Numbered from the stretch's first letter, positions 1-13,488 are shown. The stretch: DNA of 64,000 nt from Bugula neritina (GCA_964035545.1 OZ037766.1:12576722-12640721); one strand, 5' to 3'. Made by a program: numbers and translations. The notes: generated by a model not told the origin, from the sequence alone.

Positions 1-1017
1 GTATAAAAACCTGTACATCCTATTTCATCAGTTTTGAAGCTTTCGAACACTGTAAAGCTAATTCCAGCTACATAGCACAGCTAGAAGCTATTGTTTTACT
101 CCTTTAGAAGAGGTACTTGGAAACTATGAGGTACGTACACGTATAACAATTTTTAATTTGTCTAACCTTTACTGTAAGTGTAAGTGCACTGAAGTCTGAA
201 ATTGTCACTATGTTTCATAATCAAACTTATACTGAATTTCTTGTTGTTAATTAAATATTCTCTGATCAACGGTTTTTACTCTGAGCATTGTATAAGTGTA
301 GTGCTGAGAGTGGACTGCTCAGGAATGTAGATTTTTTAGCGAAAATCTAGCTTTGGCTACCAATTAGTTTTTGTTTTACTTATTTTGGGGAGGGGGTTTG
401 GGGAGGGGGTTTGAGCAATGACTGCTTTATTTCAAGCAGATTATTCAACTTATGTTACGTAGTTCAGCCAAATTTTGGCGTAAGGTGCAAATTAAATGGT
501 ATGATTTAAAAAAGAGGAATGAATGCTCTTGATATGCCAAATAATACTAATAGCATTAACTTTATTTCAGAATTTATGTGGTAACTTATTGCAACAAAAC
601 CAAGTGTTCAAATTTTAAAAACTTCAATCACATTTAATGTTATAGAATTAGCCTCACCTAAACAACATCATAATTAGGTGTGGAATAGTATAGTAAGCTT
701 AATTTCTCTGCTAGAGAATTCTAGAGAATTTCATCTAATAATTATACTGAAAATTATTAATTGTTCCTTCAATTTCACCAAGCATTGTTTGGAAAAAAGC
801 TAATTTGCTCTCAAAATTTGCATCCCAGAAGTAAATGGGCATAAAGTGTTAGGAGTTCTACAATGCACGTCTCATCTTGTAAAATACAACCTCCATCCTA
901 CAAGGATGCTATTACCTGTGAGTATTATAATATTTAGTTAAAACAATGCAATGGAACTGCCTCAGTTTAGGTAGCCATCTTTTAATTTTAAAGTCACATG
1001 TTCAAACTTGCGCGAAA

Positions 1018-1188
1018 TTTTATGGTCACTATCTCTCTGAGAACCCCTAATAGAAAGGATTTTTTTATTAAAACGAGCTAAGGACTTATTTATTTGTGGC
1101 ACAAGGCAATGCTCTTCCTGACACTACCAATGGCCTTTTACTGGGGTTCAAACCATTACTTCTGTTTACAAAACCAGCGCTTTAACCT
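1018..1188 (-). mobile_element. Degenerate tRNA-derived SINE copy 1
   Basis: Aligns by eye with 25227-25420 (shared gtcactatc, ctaaggacttatt, atgctcttcc, ccaatggccttt, gggttc, cgctttaacc). Confidence 0.65.
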
Positions 1189-1377
1189 GCATTCTTAAAT
1201 ACCATAAAAATATTAAATCAATGTCAAAGTTACTTGCATACATGTAGTTCATAACAATATGATAAATTATAAAACTGCTTCAATTCTCATATATAGATTC
1301 ATGTTTTGCTATCTAGAATACAGGTTGAAAACTATTAGCTGAATATAATTATTATGCGCCTTCTTGAATCTTCAAAC

Positions 1378-1702
1378 AAGGGCCCAGGGCCGGATGTGGC
1401 CCCCAGCCTACATTTATGTGGCCTTCAAAGGCATAAAGCTAAAATTGGTTTTCACACATATACATGAATTAAAGTAAAAAACCGCCTTTTAAATGTTTTA
1501 TTTCTACACATGCTACAAAACATGCAGCCTTCAGTAACTATTGAGACTTGATTGTGTAATTATTCATAAGAATTTTGAATAAAATAATTTGAAAATGCTA
1601 AATTGCTGTGGTCCCCCAGAGTGAGCTGAAGCTTTCAATGTGGCTTTCGCCAAAAATATTTTCTTTCAGTGGCCTTTAGTCTGAAAAGGTTGGACACCCC
1701 GG
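1378..1702 (+). mobile_element. hAT-type MITE copy 1
   Basis: Highly similar to 31581-31868 (gcctacattt..atgtg, gctacaaaacatgcagc, ttcataag, tctgaaaaggttggacaccc). Right end GTTGGACACCCC is followed by ctttaaag. Confidence 0.75.
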
Positions 1703-4373
1703 CTTTAAAGAGTTCACATACCTCGTGCATTTTGTAAAGTTGATACATTACATATGGCAATATCCACACAAAACTAGGTCACCACTGCAAGCAAGTCCTG
1801 TTGAATTGTTTGCAGGTTTTCATCAGTTATTGGTCATGCAGTCTAGCTTCGAAGTCTCAGCTAGTCAGTGTTTAATTGCAATCTTTTAAACTCTAAAGTC
1901 TAAATTGAGTTCATAACCACAGTTTGACAGATAAATCTCAATATAGCAACAACCAGTCTGTAAAAGTAATACCCTTGGATCTTCACATATATAGAGTCTA
2001 GAATCTAGATGTTTTGCTAAAGTTTTTGAAGATGAGATTGGCAGCTGTTTTCTGACAAATATGAGTTATTTTGGATACAATTTTGTCAGTTTGGCATTGT
2101 CTTGGATCTTACATATTTTTCAACCTAGCTTAGTTTGACGGGAGGGGTATGGTAAACCTATTATAGCATTATAGCTAATAGAATTAGCCTAACTTTCACA
2201 GAACTCAATGTGAGTGGGAAGTTATGTCTGCTAGCATTCAACTTGTAAATAGTATATTGCCAACATGCAGCTGTTCCACTCATGTAATGTTTTACATAAC
2301 CAATGTGGCAATATATCATTATTTCTAAATAATAGAGGTCTGCAGCTATGTGAATAATATATACGAACAATTTTTCTACTTAAGCTAATATAATGCACAA
2401 AGTCTGTTTATGATTTCTGTTCATCAATAGGAATTGCAGAGAGCATTTTAAAACCAATAATATTGATTATATTATCAGTTCAGAAAACTCTTGCAATCGA
2501 TATCTGCACACCAGCAGTTTTCTCAATGCCTCATTCTACTAGTAAACAGAAGAGTGATTTTTCATTAGTTTCTGATTATCACAGGTCAAAAAGTATTTTC
2601 AAAAACTAGTTTCAATTATTTTAAGTAAAATATAAAATTTAATCAAATGCGCAGCTATAGTAGTGATGCTTAGCAGTACTCAACTCTTACTGTAGAAGTT
2701 ATTATCCTATAGGCTAAGAACTAGTAGCTCTGAACCACCCAAGATCGAGAGCGTAACTCCTGCCAAAATACTTCAAATAATATTATTATAGCATTGTGCC
2801 AAGGCTCGTCTATGGTAGCACCAATATGATTTACTAATGAGCTTCACTTTTCCAATGCTGGTTTGAAAGACGGTTAGTTGTTTCAAGGACAGACAACTTT
2901 CAATGCTACAATTGTAATATGCAACATAAATAACTGTTTGAAAGTTGTGTACTTAAGTATTTACATTTAGTACATGTTTTTCTTATAATATAAAACATGA
3001 AAGTTACTTAAGATAAAACTAGCAGTTTGATTAATATATTATTCAGTACTTCTTTTGAAACCGCTGATGTAACATCTGTAAAACATATCTAATATGCCTG
3101 CTTAGGTCTACCTTGACAGGTTTAAATATCCTAGTAAACATGAATCTGTTGTCTATAGTGCAAAATATTATATGTAAAAATATTGTCATATTTATTGACA
3201 TGCACATATATTATTTCAATTATAGTAATGACCACATTGCATAACGATTAATTCTCTTACTGAGAAACGTGAGAAATGTTATACCATAGAAACTGCCATT
3301 AAAGCAAAGCATCTTTGATGGGTCTTTTCTTAGTAACATAGCCTACATATCTGAAATTATAGTGCTTATTATCTAATTGCCCTTGAACTTATGTTGAGGG
3401 GAAATATAGCAATAAGTATAAATTAGGGTAGCTATTTGCAACTTGAAAATTATCTGAGAAATTCTTAGCAGAAATAACTCAGTTTAATTGATTAATGTAA
3501 TCTTGGCGTATATTCATATTGTCCATTTCAAAATATCTAAGATGCAATAGCACTGGGGATATAACATCAATTTTCAGAAAAAAAACACATTGTCCTTAGA
3601 TTTATCTAATAATAGACTTTACAGTGAGTTGTGGTATGATTTTAGTTTGGCCAGTTTCATTGTTACAGACAAAATTAAATTTTTGCTGAAATAATTGCCT
3701 ACTAATATTGTACACATAATTTTATTGCTAAGATTAATTAGAACTTGTTGAGGTTATTTGGTACATGACAGTTTGAAAATATTCTAAATGCCAACAGATT
3801 ATTTTAAATCTAGATGCCATAACAGAAAAGTTGAAAAAGTTACTGCAAAAAGCTGTTTATTTTATTTTACCCAGTATTTTAGTGTATGGCACTCCGCCAT
3901 TTCATGAATATTATGTTCTGCTTTACCCTGAGTCTTATATAAATGTAGACTTAATTTACTTATGTTGTGACTGCATTGACAGAGTTCTAGATGTCAACTG
4001 AGCAACAGTATGCAAATAGGTCAATACAATGAGATGTGCTACTAAATTCATACGAATATGAGGAATAAGTTACATGAACTGCAAGCTACAGCTATTTAGC
4101 TTTATACAGATACTTTATATGTAGCTAATTAGATATATTGTAAGATTTTTAAAAATTTGAAAATTTTTAAGTTATGCCTCTTAGTTGTATTATGTATTTG
4201 ATACAACACGTCGCAATGTTTAGTTTTCATGACTTATTATAGCTATTTTAGTTCAAGTTATAGGTTTTAACTTACTATCTTGGCTATCGAAATTATCTCA
4301 TACAGTGTGAAAAATGGTTCCATTCAATCAAAATATTATGTGTTTAAGCCGGTAAATTGATACTATTTTATAG

Positions 4374-7352
4374 TGCCTCATCATCAGCACAAAATAGGCC
4401 AAGCAGGCGACTAACACAGCTCCGACATGGATCTTTGCCTTCGAAGTTAAACAGAGCTGGAATACCAGATACGAGATTTGTTGAAAGCGAACCCGAATAC
4501 CTATACACTTCTCCTTTGTTGGAGATAGGCCCTATATATCATTATAGGGCTAGGCAGGTAGGTGGAAATCACAACTATGTTACCCTAATTTTAAAATAGT
4601 CAACAAAAATATGACAACTATATAAAGTTATTGTCAAATAATAAGTTTATAGGCAAGCAAGCTCAGTAGGGTAAAATGCAGACTAAAAGCTTGTTTTGTC
4701 TACTGCTGGTCAAAAAGCAAAATGATGTCACCTTTCTCTGTTTTAATGAAGATATTTCATGATGTTGTAGCTAAGTGATTTAGCAAATACTGAATCCTTT
4801 GTCTATAACTGTAGAACATTGAAAGTAAAAACAGAAGGCGGGCCAGTTCGGGAGACATGTCAAAGATTAGACAGTCTACACCGAATCTGCACAACCCTGG
4901 TTACCATAGACAACTCACTGAAAATCAAGTAGTGGCTTATGTTTTGCAACCAGATGGTACAATGGCTGCTGTCAGGTAATCTTACAGCAGGGTAGGGGCA
5001 GTACATCATACTATGTAGTACAAATATGGCTATTATAATTATTATGATCAATTATGGCTGCTGTGTCAAAACAAGATTAAATTTGAACTTGATATTTTAT
5101 TACAAAAAACCACTATCCCATGTTACTAGTAATTGTGTGGCTTGGCCTTATGGTATTTTGTATTAAATATAACCAATATAATATTTAGTATACAATATTA
5201 TTGCAAGGCTAAAGCCAGCCACACAATACTAGTAAGGTAGAATAGTGGCCATAACATGATGCCTAATATAAAGTTAATTTACCATCCAACAAAACCATGA
5301 TGCTTTAACCCAATGACTTGGTTAATTTTTAAGCTGTTTATGGTAAATACTTTTTAATCTCTATAGGCCTACTACATTCACATTTGTCTAGCCTCTTTCT
5401 GGTCTATGTAATAAAAAGGTCCAATCAGCATAGTTATGAGCAACTAGATGCCAAATGTTTTATAAAGCAAACTGTTGTAGCTCATACAATCTCTCAAATT
5501 GGTTTTTTATTTTAAGTTAATGGACATGCAGTCAAAAATGGAAGCTGCTATTATACAGCCTTACGTTATTAAGAGAAATTTGCAATAAAAATTTTCTATA
5601 CTTCAATTTAAAAGTTATACTTTTTCTTTATGTAATAAAGATAGGGTTATTTACAATATATTTTTATAACTTCAATTTTTGGTAAATGTTTAGTGAACAG
5701 GTCTACTATAATGTGAATACTCAACCACAAGGCTTTAAGTGTAAATTCATTTTTCTAATGGGTTATTTAGATGGGATGATAGAAGTGCATTGAGGAGCAA
5801 CTATTCTGTATTGACTGCCCTTCAGGATGAGCAGAAAGCAAACAAAGTAGGAAAGACAACTGGTAGAATACAAAGTGTGTCTAATCCTTCTGCAAGATTA
5901 CCACCAGATGTTCTCAAGTGGTTGACAGATTGTAAAAGTGATACCAACAGTGAGAGGATACTACCATGCTATCATAAATGAAATGAAAAAATTATTTTCT
6001 GTTAATTAGATTTACATAGTTTCTGATGCACACTAAACTAATCAAATAATTTTATTTGTTTTTTATACAGAGCTAGTAATCTTAACTGTAGCTTTTATCA
6101 TTAAACCTGTACATGATATTTTACAGATAATATGAAACCAGGGTTATCCATTAGCTTCAATCAGAAATCTAGAAGCCGCTCTGTGGGCCCAGTTACCAAC
6201 CGCCTAGTGGCTACATCACCACACCATTACACTCTTTTGACTAGCTCCAGTCAACAAAACCAAGTTAGATCAAACAATCAGAAGGTTGGGAAAGTCTCTA
6301 GATCTTCTTCACAAGACACCTGCTCTCCAGAGTCACCCAATTATTATCATACTTTAACCAACCCTGATGGTAACCATAGCCCACATTATCCAAATGGCAA
6401 AGGCAGAGTAGGTAGTCCAAGTTCTCCAAAAGAAAAAATATATGTATCTATAGTACCAAGCCACCCTCATCGCACTACAAGTAGTTTTAAAGAGCTTAAG
6501 CCAACTAATCAGGCCAGTCTCGCCAAAGTTTCGACCTCTAGTCAGCAGCTTTTCCCAAATAATTCTCCTAGTCAACATAGTTCAAGCAACTTGAAATCAA
6601 AAACAAATAGCTCGAATGATATGATAATTTTCGAAAACCAGTCTGACGAATGGGCACCAAAACCAACACATGGGAGAACACTCACTGCTCCTGATGTCCA
6701 GTTTCAGAGGAGAATATCAAGCATGAGGTCATCTCAGACTCCAAACAAACACGGAGTTGATTGTTCACCTGATGGCATAAAATATGCAAAAGGTATGAAC
6801 TGCTTTCAAGTAACCCAACACATATTCCTCTAGTATAAACACTGCTGATCATGTTAGCTACTTCATGTCATACATTTATGATTGCTCTACTGTAGCTACC
6901 ACCACTTGTGATTCTTTTGTTCATTTTATTTTGTTTCTCACGTTTATTTTTTAGATTGTGCCACTAACTTGAGCTCACAGCCTAATGATTTGAAGCCTGA
7001 GAAAGTCAGATCAAACTCATCATTATCTACCACTTCTGCTCACCCATCTTCACAAAACAACCAAATTTTCAATCAAAATGCTGACATGCTATACAATGGG
7101 CAACCAACCAAAGCTCATCCATCTCATTCCTTGAATCAGCAACCGCAGCCATTTCATTCATCTGACACATGCGCAGAACAAAGGCCCACCCATTCCCGAA
7201 GACACTCTGCTGGTACTCAGTCTAATGAATACTCAAAAAGAAGGGAAAGAATGTTTTCAGTACCAATGAAGGAAGAGTTCAAATCAACTGATGAAATCTC
7301 AGTTTGGGAATATTTCAAGCATTATAAGCAATGTCCTGTAACAGATTTCTAA
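4374..7352 (+). CDS. Unidentified multi-exon protein, Ser/Pro/Asn/Gln-rich, probably disordered; 5' end uncertain
   Basis: Five phase-compatible GT-AG exons form one open frame: 4374-4557, 4815-4975, 5771-5949, 6127-6792 and 6955-7352 (stop TAA). A candidate start exon at 3991-4019 (MSTEQQYAN) is phase-compatible but has a weak donor (gtcaat). AATAAA at 7864. No domain recognised. Confidence 0.7.
5086..5276. repeat. Imperfect palindrome (MITE-like fold-back) in an intron
   Basis: ccactat..ttactagtaattgtgtggct (from 5110) pairs with agccacacaatactagtaa..atagtgg (to ~5249); outer arms aacttgatatt / aatataaagtt. Confidence 0.6.
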
Positions 7353-8652
7353 AATGCTCTACTTTCTCTCTATTGGTTTGCAAAAAGATTTCATTTCAAC
7401 TGTTAATCATTTGCTTCACAACCCACAAAACTTCAAGTATATAATATAATTTCTGAAAGATAAATAGTATTCTGAACATAAAAACAAAGAAAGGACCTGT
7501 GCATCACTCACTTGTGACAAGTTATGTGCTGAAGAAATTTAGCCTAAAGATTTTGCTGATTGAAACAAGTTTAGGCAGTCTCACCACTTAAAAATGTTCT
7601 GCTTTGTAAAAACTATATTGTATGTACATGTATACAAACTATTATATAACATATATTATTTAGAATTATAAATAGTGTTGCACAATATTCCTATAGTTCA
7701 CTGTTATTATATTTGAACACAAGTGTCACAGTTTTTTTTGAAAAAGGTGGGGGAGACGTACATAATTATGCTATTTTAGCTAGCTTGTATTTTGTTATCT
7801 CAAACATTTGAATTTAAAATTGGTAGCATATAGAAATTATGTCAAGCATAATCTTATTTCTGCAATAAATGAAATGCAAATTATGATTCGAACAGATGGG
7901 TTATTTTATTGTTATATAGGTAATAGATAAAACTGCACAGAGTATAAACTTTTCACAAATTATAGTAAGAGATTGAAAACATATACTTTACTAAAGTTCA
8001 TAGAACTGTCTCATTGGTTAGATTTGGGGGCTGCTTTAAGTAGGCTTTTGTCATAAAACTAGGCTAACAGATGGTTGCCAGTCTCAAGTGATAGCAGATG
8101 GTGAAAGTTGTTGCAACTTATAAAACTGGGCTATTAGACATATTTTTACTTGAGCTTTGGAATGCTAAAACTCCTTAGCCATAGTTTCTAAACAATGTTA
8201 CTCAAAAATCTCCCTATATTAGTTTTAGTAACAGCAGGTTAAAAATAGTTAGCATAACAGCAATTATTGAAGACAATAACTGCATTAGCATTTTTGCTCT
8301 AGCGGAAGCTTAAAGGGTGTAAATTTATACATGTCATACAATTGGTAATTTGATTGATAAGCTGTCAACATATCATCTAAATTCTAAGCTACTGAATAGA
8401 ACACAACATAAAAATAAGGTTGCTAATTTTTTAACGAAAAATTAGCAAAATATTATTTATTACAGGTATTTGGTTGTAGTAGGTAACCATGTATGAATAA
8501 AAATTATTCATTTCAATGTCTTGGCATTTATTACATTTTAATATGAAAGATGTAAAATCATCTTGGTGTTTCAAGTGAGGTGTTTAAGGAGTAGCCTGCA
8601 TGAATTATTCTAGTAATAAAGTTATTTACAAGTCTATCCTTGGTAAATGACT

Positions 8653-11600
8653 TTACTGTGCCATTTCGTCTTGAGGGCCTCGTTTTACTAGAGTAACAAA
8701 TGCATCGTAATCGAACAGTCCACCATGTGGCTTGGCCTCTTTCCACACTTGTCTAATCTCTTCTTCTTTGAACTGGTCACCAACATTCAATAGAAGATCT
8801 TTTACACTGTAAAATGAAATATCAAAATACTCAAGTGCTTCCCGCTGTCTAACAATTTTGTATACTATCAGAGAGCTTAATATTGATTTAATTTGGGTAA
8901 ATATAAATGCATAAAAAAAGAAATTCTATGTTTCAAAAAATCTGTACCATTTGCTTTATGTAAAGTCAAATAATATACTTTAAGAAATTTTGTTTTCCTA
9001 AACTGTAAAAACGTGTTGTATTTTCCATATGCACTAAACAGTCTACAAGTTAAAATCAGTAAGGCTACAGCTTATCAACAAACAGAAAGTACAACAGGTG
9101 ACAGAAAACCTTTGTATGCTGCTTTATGGATCAAAGTTACAACAATTATAATAAACCAATTAGCTTAAAATACAATGAGTTAACTTTTTATTTTTATAAT
9201 GTATGTTAGGAGTTATTGCAAATTTAAAAGCATTTGACCGAAAAAAGACTTTTATAGGTGTGAGAGCAAATTCATGGTTATATTCGCTATGAAAACCATT
9301 GCCCTTGAGTATGCCAGTGTTTGCTGCTGCAATATACTCACTATTCTTCAGATAACTTTCCTTTCTTTTCAGGGTCAAACTGTTCGAAAGCCTGTCTAAA
9401 TGTAGTTTCAGAATCAGTGCCTAAAATTGAGGAAAAAAATTTTCTACATAAAAACCAAACACACTAACAGCTGAATAGTTGTAGGTGATGCACCATAGAA
9501 AATTTGATGCTTTTATAATATATCGTTACCGTGCATTTTCTCTCCAAATAGTGTTAAAAATGCAGTAAAGTTGAGTTGACCAGGACATTCCTTTAGCATT
9601 TCATTGAGGTCTTTGTCTGAGGGGTTACGGCCAAGGTCGTTGTGGATTGCTTTCAAATCAGAAACATCAATGAAGCCATCTCTGTTTACATCCATCATCC
9701 CAAAAGCCTAAAATTTCAAATACAAACTTTAATTTTGTTTTTTCAATGCTATATATATAGGATATAATTTAGAATTCATTTATATAAAATTTATTACAAA
9801 TGTTATGCTTATTCAATTATATGGAATCAATAGAGAAAGTGAAATATTGATCACAATATACTAGGTATGTGTTGATCAAATGGGTTAATTAAAAATTGGA
9901 AACGTTACAGCACATGCAAAGTTCACAAACTCTAAGGAAACAGGGTCACTCAAAGTCTAAAAGTGTACATGCCACTTTATGTGTATTTGTTTATGTGTCA
10001 TCTGATTTATCTTTTTTTATTAAGTAATCTCCAAATCTTCAAATTATTTAAAAAATTGAGGTGGATCTACTGTTATGGCTATAATCACACTGTTGCTACA
10101 TAAAAATAAAGTTTAGTAGTGAAGGATAAATGAAACTAACATGCTAGCTAGGTTACAGAAAGTCTAGTTCAAACAATCTGTCATTGCTCAACCTCCTTAA
10201 ATTCTTGAATTTGATTCTGATTTAAAACTGCGAAAACATTAGAAGTAGTTCTTTGTGCCCTTTTAGGTTCTTTATCTTCTGCAGCAGCAGCAGCAGCAGG
10301 TGCAGGCTCTGCTTTCCGTGTTCTTCTATTAACTCTCTGTAATTTATTTAATGACATACAAAATATATGGGTAAACAGGGAAAGCATACAAGAACTGCAG
10401 GGTGCTTGTTATTGGTATGTGCAATAGCGGTTGCATCAGAGCCAGGGAGGGGTGCAAACTCAGCCAGCTGTTGTCTTGTCTTTTGTCTGTTGACACAAGT
10501 CTACTCAAGGGAGCAGAAATTATAAGATAGCTAGCAGCAGCATACCAATAGAATGAGAAACACATAAGGTGAATAATAAAGTCTAGCATGGCAGCAATTG
10601 AAATAAGGCTGCCCGGTTCGAAAGCAGGCTGGAGGGCAAACTTCAGCAAACCTCTTTAAATTCTTGTATTTGTGCTTGGGGAAACATTCCCAAGATATTG
10701 GTAGTTCCTTTCCTAGCCTTTTTCTGTAAACATTTGGTGTCAACTAATATTATAATTACAAATGTGTATCCATGCATTGTAGATAAGTGAGACAGAGACG
10801 ACTAAGGAGCAGTGCTCCGTAACATCCGTAGCAAGATAAACAGATAGTGGGTTGGACATTAAGCAAAGGTCTGTTTAGGTAATTTATACTCAAGTGTTGG
10901 GGGGTTTTTGGCTTCCCATACATAAAGGAATATTTGTGTAAGGCTTGCACATTGGTTATGTTTTCAAACCTCTTTAAACTCCTGGATTTGACTTTGAGGA
11001 AACATTCCCAAAACATTTCCAGATTTTCTAGCTGCCTTCTATAATTATGGATGAAATGGAGCATTTTAATATTGAAATATCGGTACTAGATTAAAATGGC
11101 AACATACTAAATTGTGTAAAACTATAGCATTATTCTAAGATTGAAATTTGGAAAAATAATTTCATGAAGAGTGCCTTGTTCGTGTAGCATTCTGCTATAG
11201 ATTGCAAAGCTCTACAATCTACATTATAGAATACAGGTATCTTATCTACAACAGTTATTGTAGAAATAATTAGGGATAGTGTATACACTAATCTAATTAT
11301 AATGCATATCCTACTAACCATCAAAATCCTGCATCTAAGCTTATGGCATCCTGCATATATGCAGAATTATAACAATATAACCTGCATGCTTAGTCTCAAC
11401 TCATGAATATAAGGCCAGTAATTGATTAGCCTGTGCTACCACATTATAGTTAGATTACAATATACTGAGAAAGTTATCAATGAGTATAGACATACTGCTA
11501 ATTTCTGTTTCTCCGAATTCTGCAATAACATAAATAATTTACTAAGTATGTTAGAATTAGTATGCAGGCATCTAGGCTCAAACAGCTGATAATTTGAAAA

Positions 11601-12373
11601 GCTTTCATGAATTTGAAAGTATATGCAGAAACTTAAAATACACATTTATTTACTTTATGAGACTTGAGAGCCGTGGTTTAGAAATGTTTCATTAGTATTT
11701 CGTATAGAAAAAAGTGATATGCATTTATTTTGTATACAAATCTGTCCTTGGTGTGGCTCATGTAATATACGTTTGTGCTTGTGCTTAATTTTCAGGCTAT
11801 AGCTGTTAATTTCCATCAAACGGGTTAGACTATGTAAATATCAATATTAGCTTAATATTTTCTAGCCAAAGCAATGTATGGACCAAAATATTGTAAAAAA
11901 AAAATCAGATTTCTATGTTATAGAATATAGAGAATGCATTGAATGCAGTGCTAAGCTACATGTTGAATTAGATATACCTGGTCAACTTATTGTTAGTAAA
12001 AACAGATGGTTAATGAAAAAATTCACCAAAAGTTTGTTCTAATATACACAGAATGAAAACGCCATAAGAGAAAATGGTTTATAACAAAAGCATAGGTATA
12101 TCAACTGAACGCATTGTAAGAAATTTGCCAGAGCATATGTGCTAACATAGGATATTATATCTTATCATATTGAATTATAGTAGGCTACAGCTGTTTATGA
12201 TTCTTAGGCCATGTTACTGGGACGCTACACCAGCCCCCCTACCCTTCTACCTATCACACTGATTTATAATATAGCAAACATTTCAATGCTCTGTAAAAAA
12301 ATATATACTAAAATTAGCAAAACTTTTAATGTTTGTATAATAAAATTTTAGGTTTACTTACATCTTCTGCCAT
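8653..12373 (-). CDS. Myosin II regulatory light chain (EF-hand)
   Basis: Coding exons: 12373-12362 (MAED); one of three alternative exon 2 copies (11038-10970, 10723-10652, 10336-10193); 9707-9530 (AFGMMDVNRDGFIDVSDL...GQLNFTAFLTLFGEKMH); 9420-9342 (GTDSETTFRQAFEQFD...); 8806-8653 (VKDLLLNVGDQF...FDYDAFVTLVKRGPQDEMAQ*). All junctions are GT-AG and in phase. The EF-hand DVNRDGFID and QIQEFKEAF are RLC hallmarks. Probable 5'UTR exon with a G|GTAAGT donor at 13278. Confidence 0.96.
10193..10336 (-). CDS. RLC alternative exon 2C (RVNRRTRKAEPAPAAAAAAEDKEPKRAQRTTSNVFAVLNQNQIQEFKE)
   Basis: 144 nt, phase 0-0, CAG acceptor, GAG|gttgag donor; carries the canonical MLCK-type site KRAQRTTSNVF. Confidence 0.92.
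10652..10723 (-). CDS. RLC alternative exon 2B (KKARKGTTNILGMFPQAQIQEFKE)
   Basis: 72 nt, phase 0-0, CAG acceptor, GAG|gtttgc donor. Confidence 0.88.
10970..11038 (-). CDS. RLC alternative exon 2A (KAARKSGNVLGMFPQSQIQEFKE)
   Basis: 69 nt, phase 0-0, TAG acceptor, GAG|gtttga donor; homologous to the other two exon 2 copies. Confidence 0.88.
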
Positions 12374-13488
12374 TTTGCCTACAAAAAAGATTATATAAAT
12401 TGTAGAGGTGTATTTGCTGTGTGTATAGCAAACATATTACAGCGCAGTGTAGTTAAACATAGAATAGTATAATATAACTAAACAAAGAGAGGCATGGGCT
12501 TAATTATTGCATGATGCATTTCATTACATCTAAAGCCAGCTACTGACTTTAAAGCAAGTGGGTATGATATTTATCTACAGCTGCAGCTGCATTTAACCAC
12601 TCCACTATTTTCTGTAGTTTACAGAAAACAAAGCTTCTTAAATCAATTGAACTAAAGCAAATAAATACCTATTCAAAATAATTTTTAAAATTTATAGAAG
12701 AGATGTAGAAAATCACAGCCACAAAATATTTAGTTTATAATTACAAAATCAAGGAATTAGTTCCCTTGTTAACTGACAACTGATAACTGACAGTTTTACT
12801 GATGGATGCAATTAGTAATTACTGCATGCAGTAAAGCAGACCAACAACAACCTAAGAAACTGCTTGATTGAAAAAGTGTATTGAGTGATAGTTGACAAAA
12901 ATGCTAAAGATAAAAGGAGAAATTAAAGTTTGTCATATTAAAACTGAGTTAGTGTAAATATTGCTACTATAATCCTAAGTTTATAGTAATGATTAAATTG
13001 TAAAACTATAATATAATTGTAAAATATTCAAGTGATTTATATATGAAAAATAATAACTTAAAAGTTTTAGAAAAACTACAAAAAACCTATTCTATGTAAG
13101 CAATTTAAACACTGTAATTAATCTCTTAAAGCTTTAAAATTAGAGCTTATAGGCATAGGATATAACATGAATAAAATATTGAGTGATTAAATTTATTTAA
13201 TTTAAACAGCTTGTAAAAATATTACAATGCTATTTTTCCTATAAATTGTAAGATATGCTAATATAGACTAAACTTACCAAGTGTAGTAGATATTAACAGA
13301 GGGAGAAAAAAGAAGAGTAAGGGTGTTGACTTGTGAGTGTTGTCAAGCTAAGCTACTGTCCAAGTGATTTGAGCAATCTACCTGTTTCCTGCAGTGCACA
13401 CAAGCTTGAGTTGTCCCTTAGCCGCTTAACCGCACCCACAAATGCTTGTAACTTATACCATTTAAGTCTACAAATGCCCATAAAATTA

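Noticed and set aside
7296-7352. SVWEYF resembling the start of a BED zinc finger
   Set aside because: The CxxC and His ligands do not follow; the protein ends shortly after.
10531-11064. ORFs sharing WECF.K...LKRF that look like duplicated small genes
   Set aside because: They are wrong-frame readings of RLC exons 2A and 2B.
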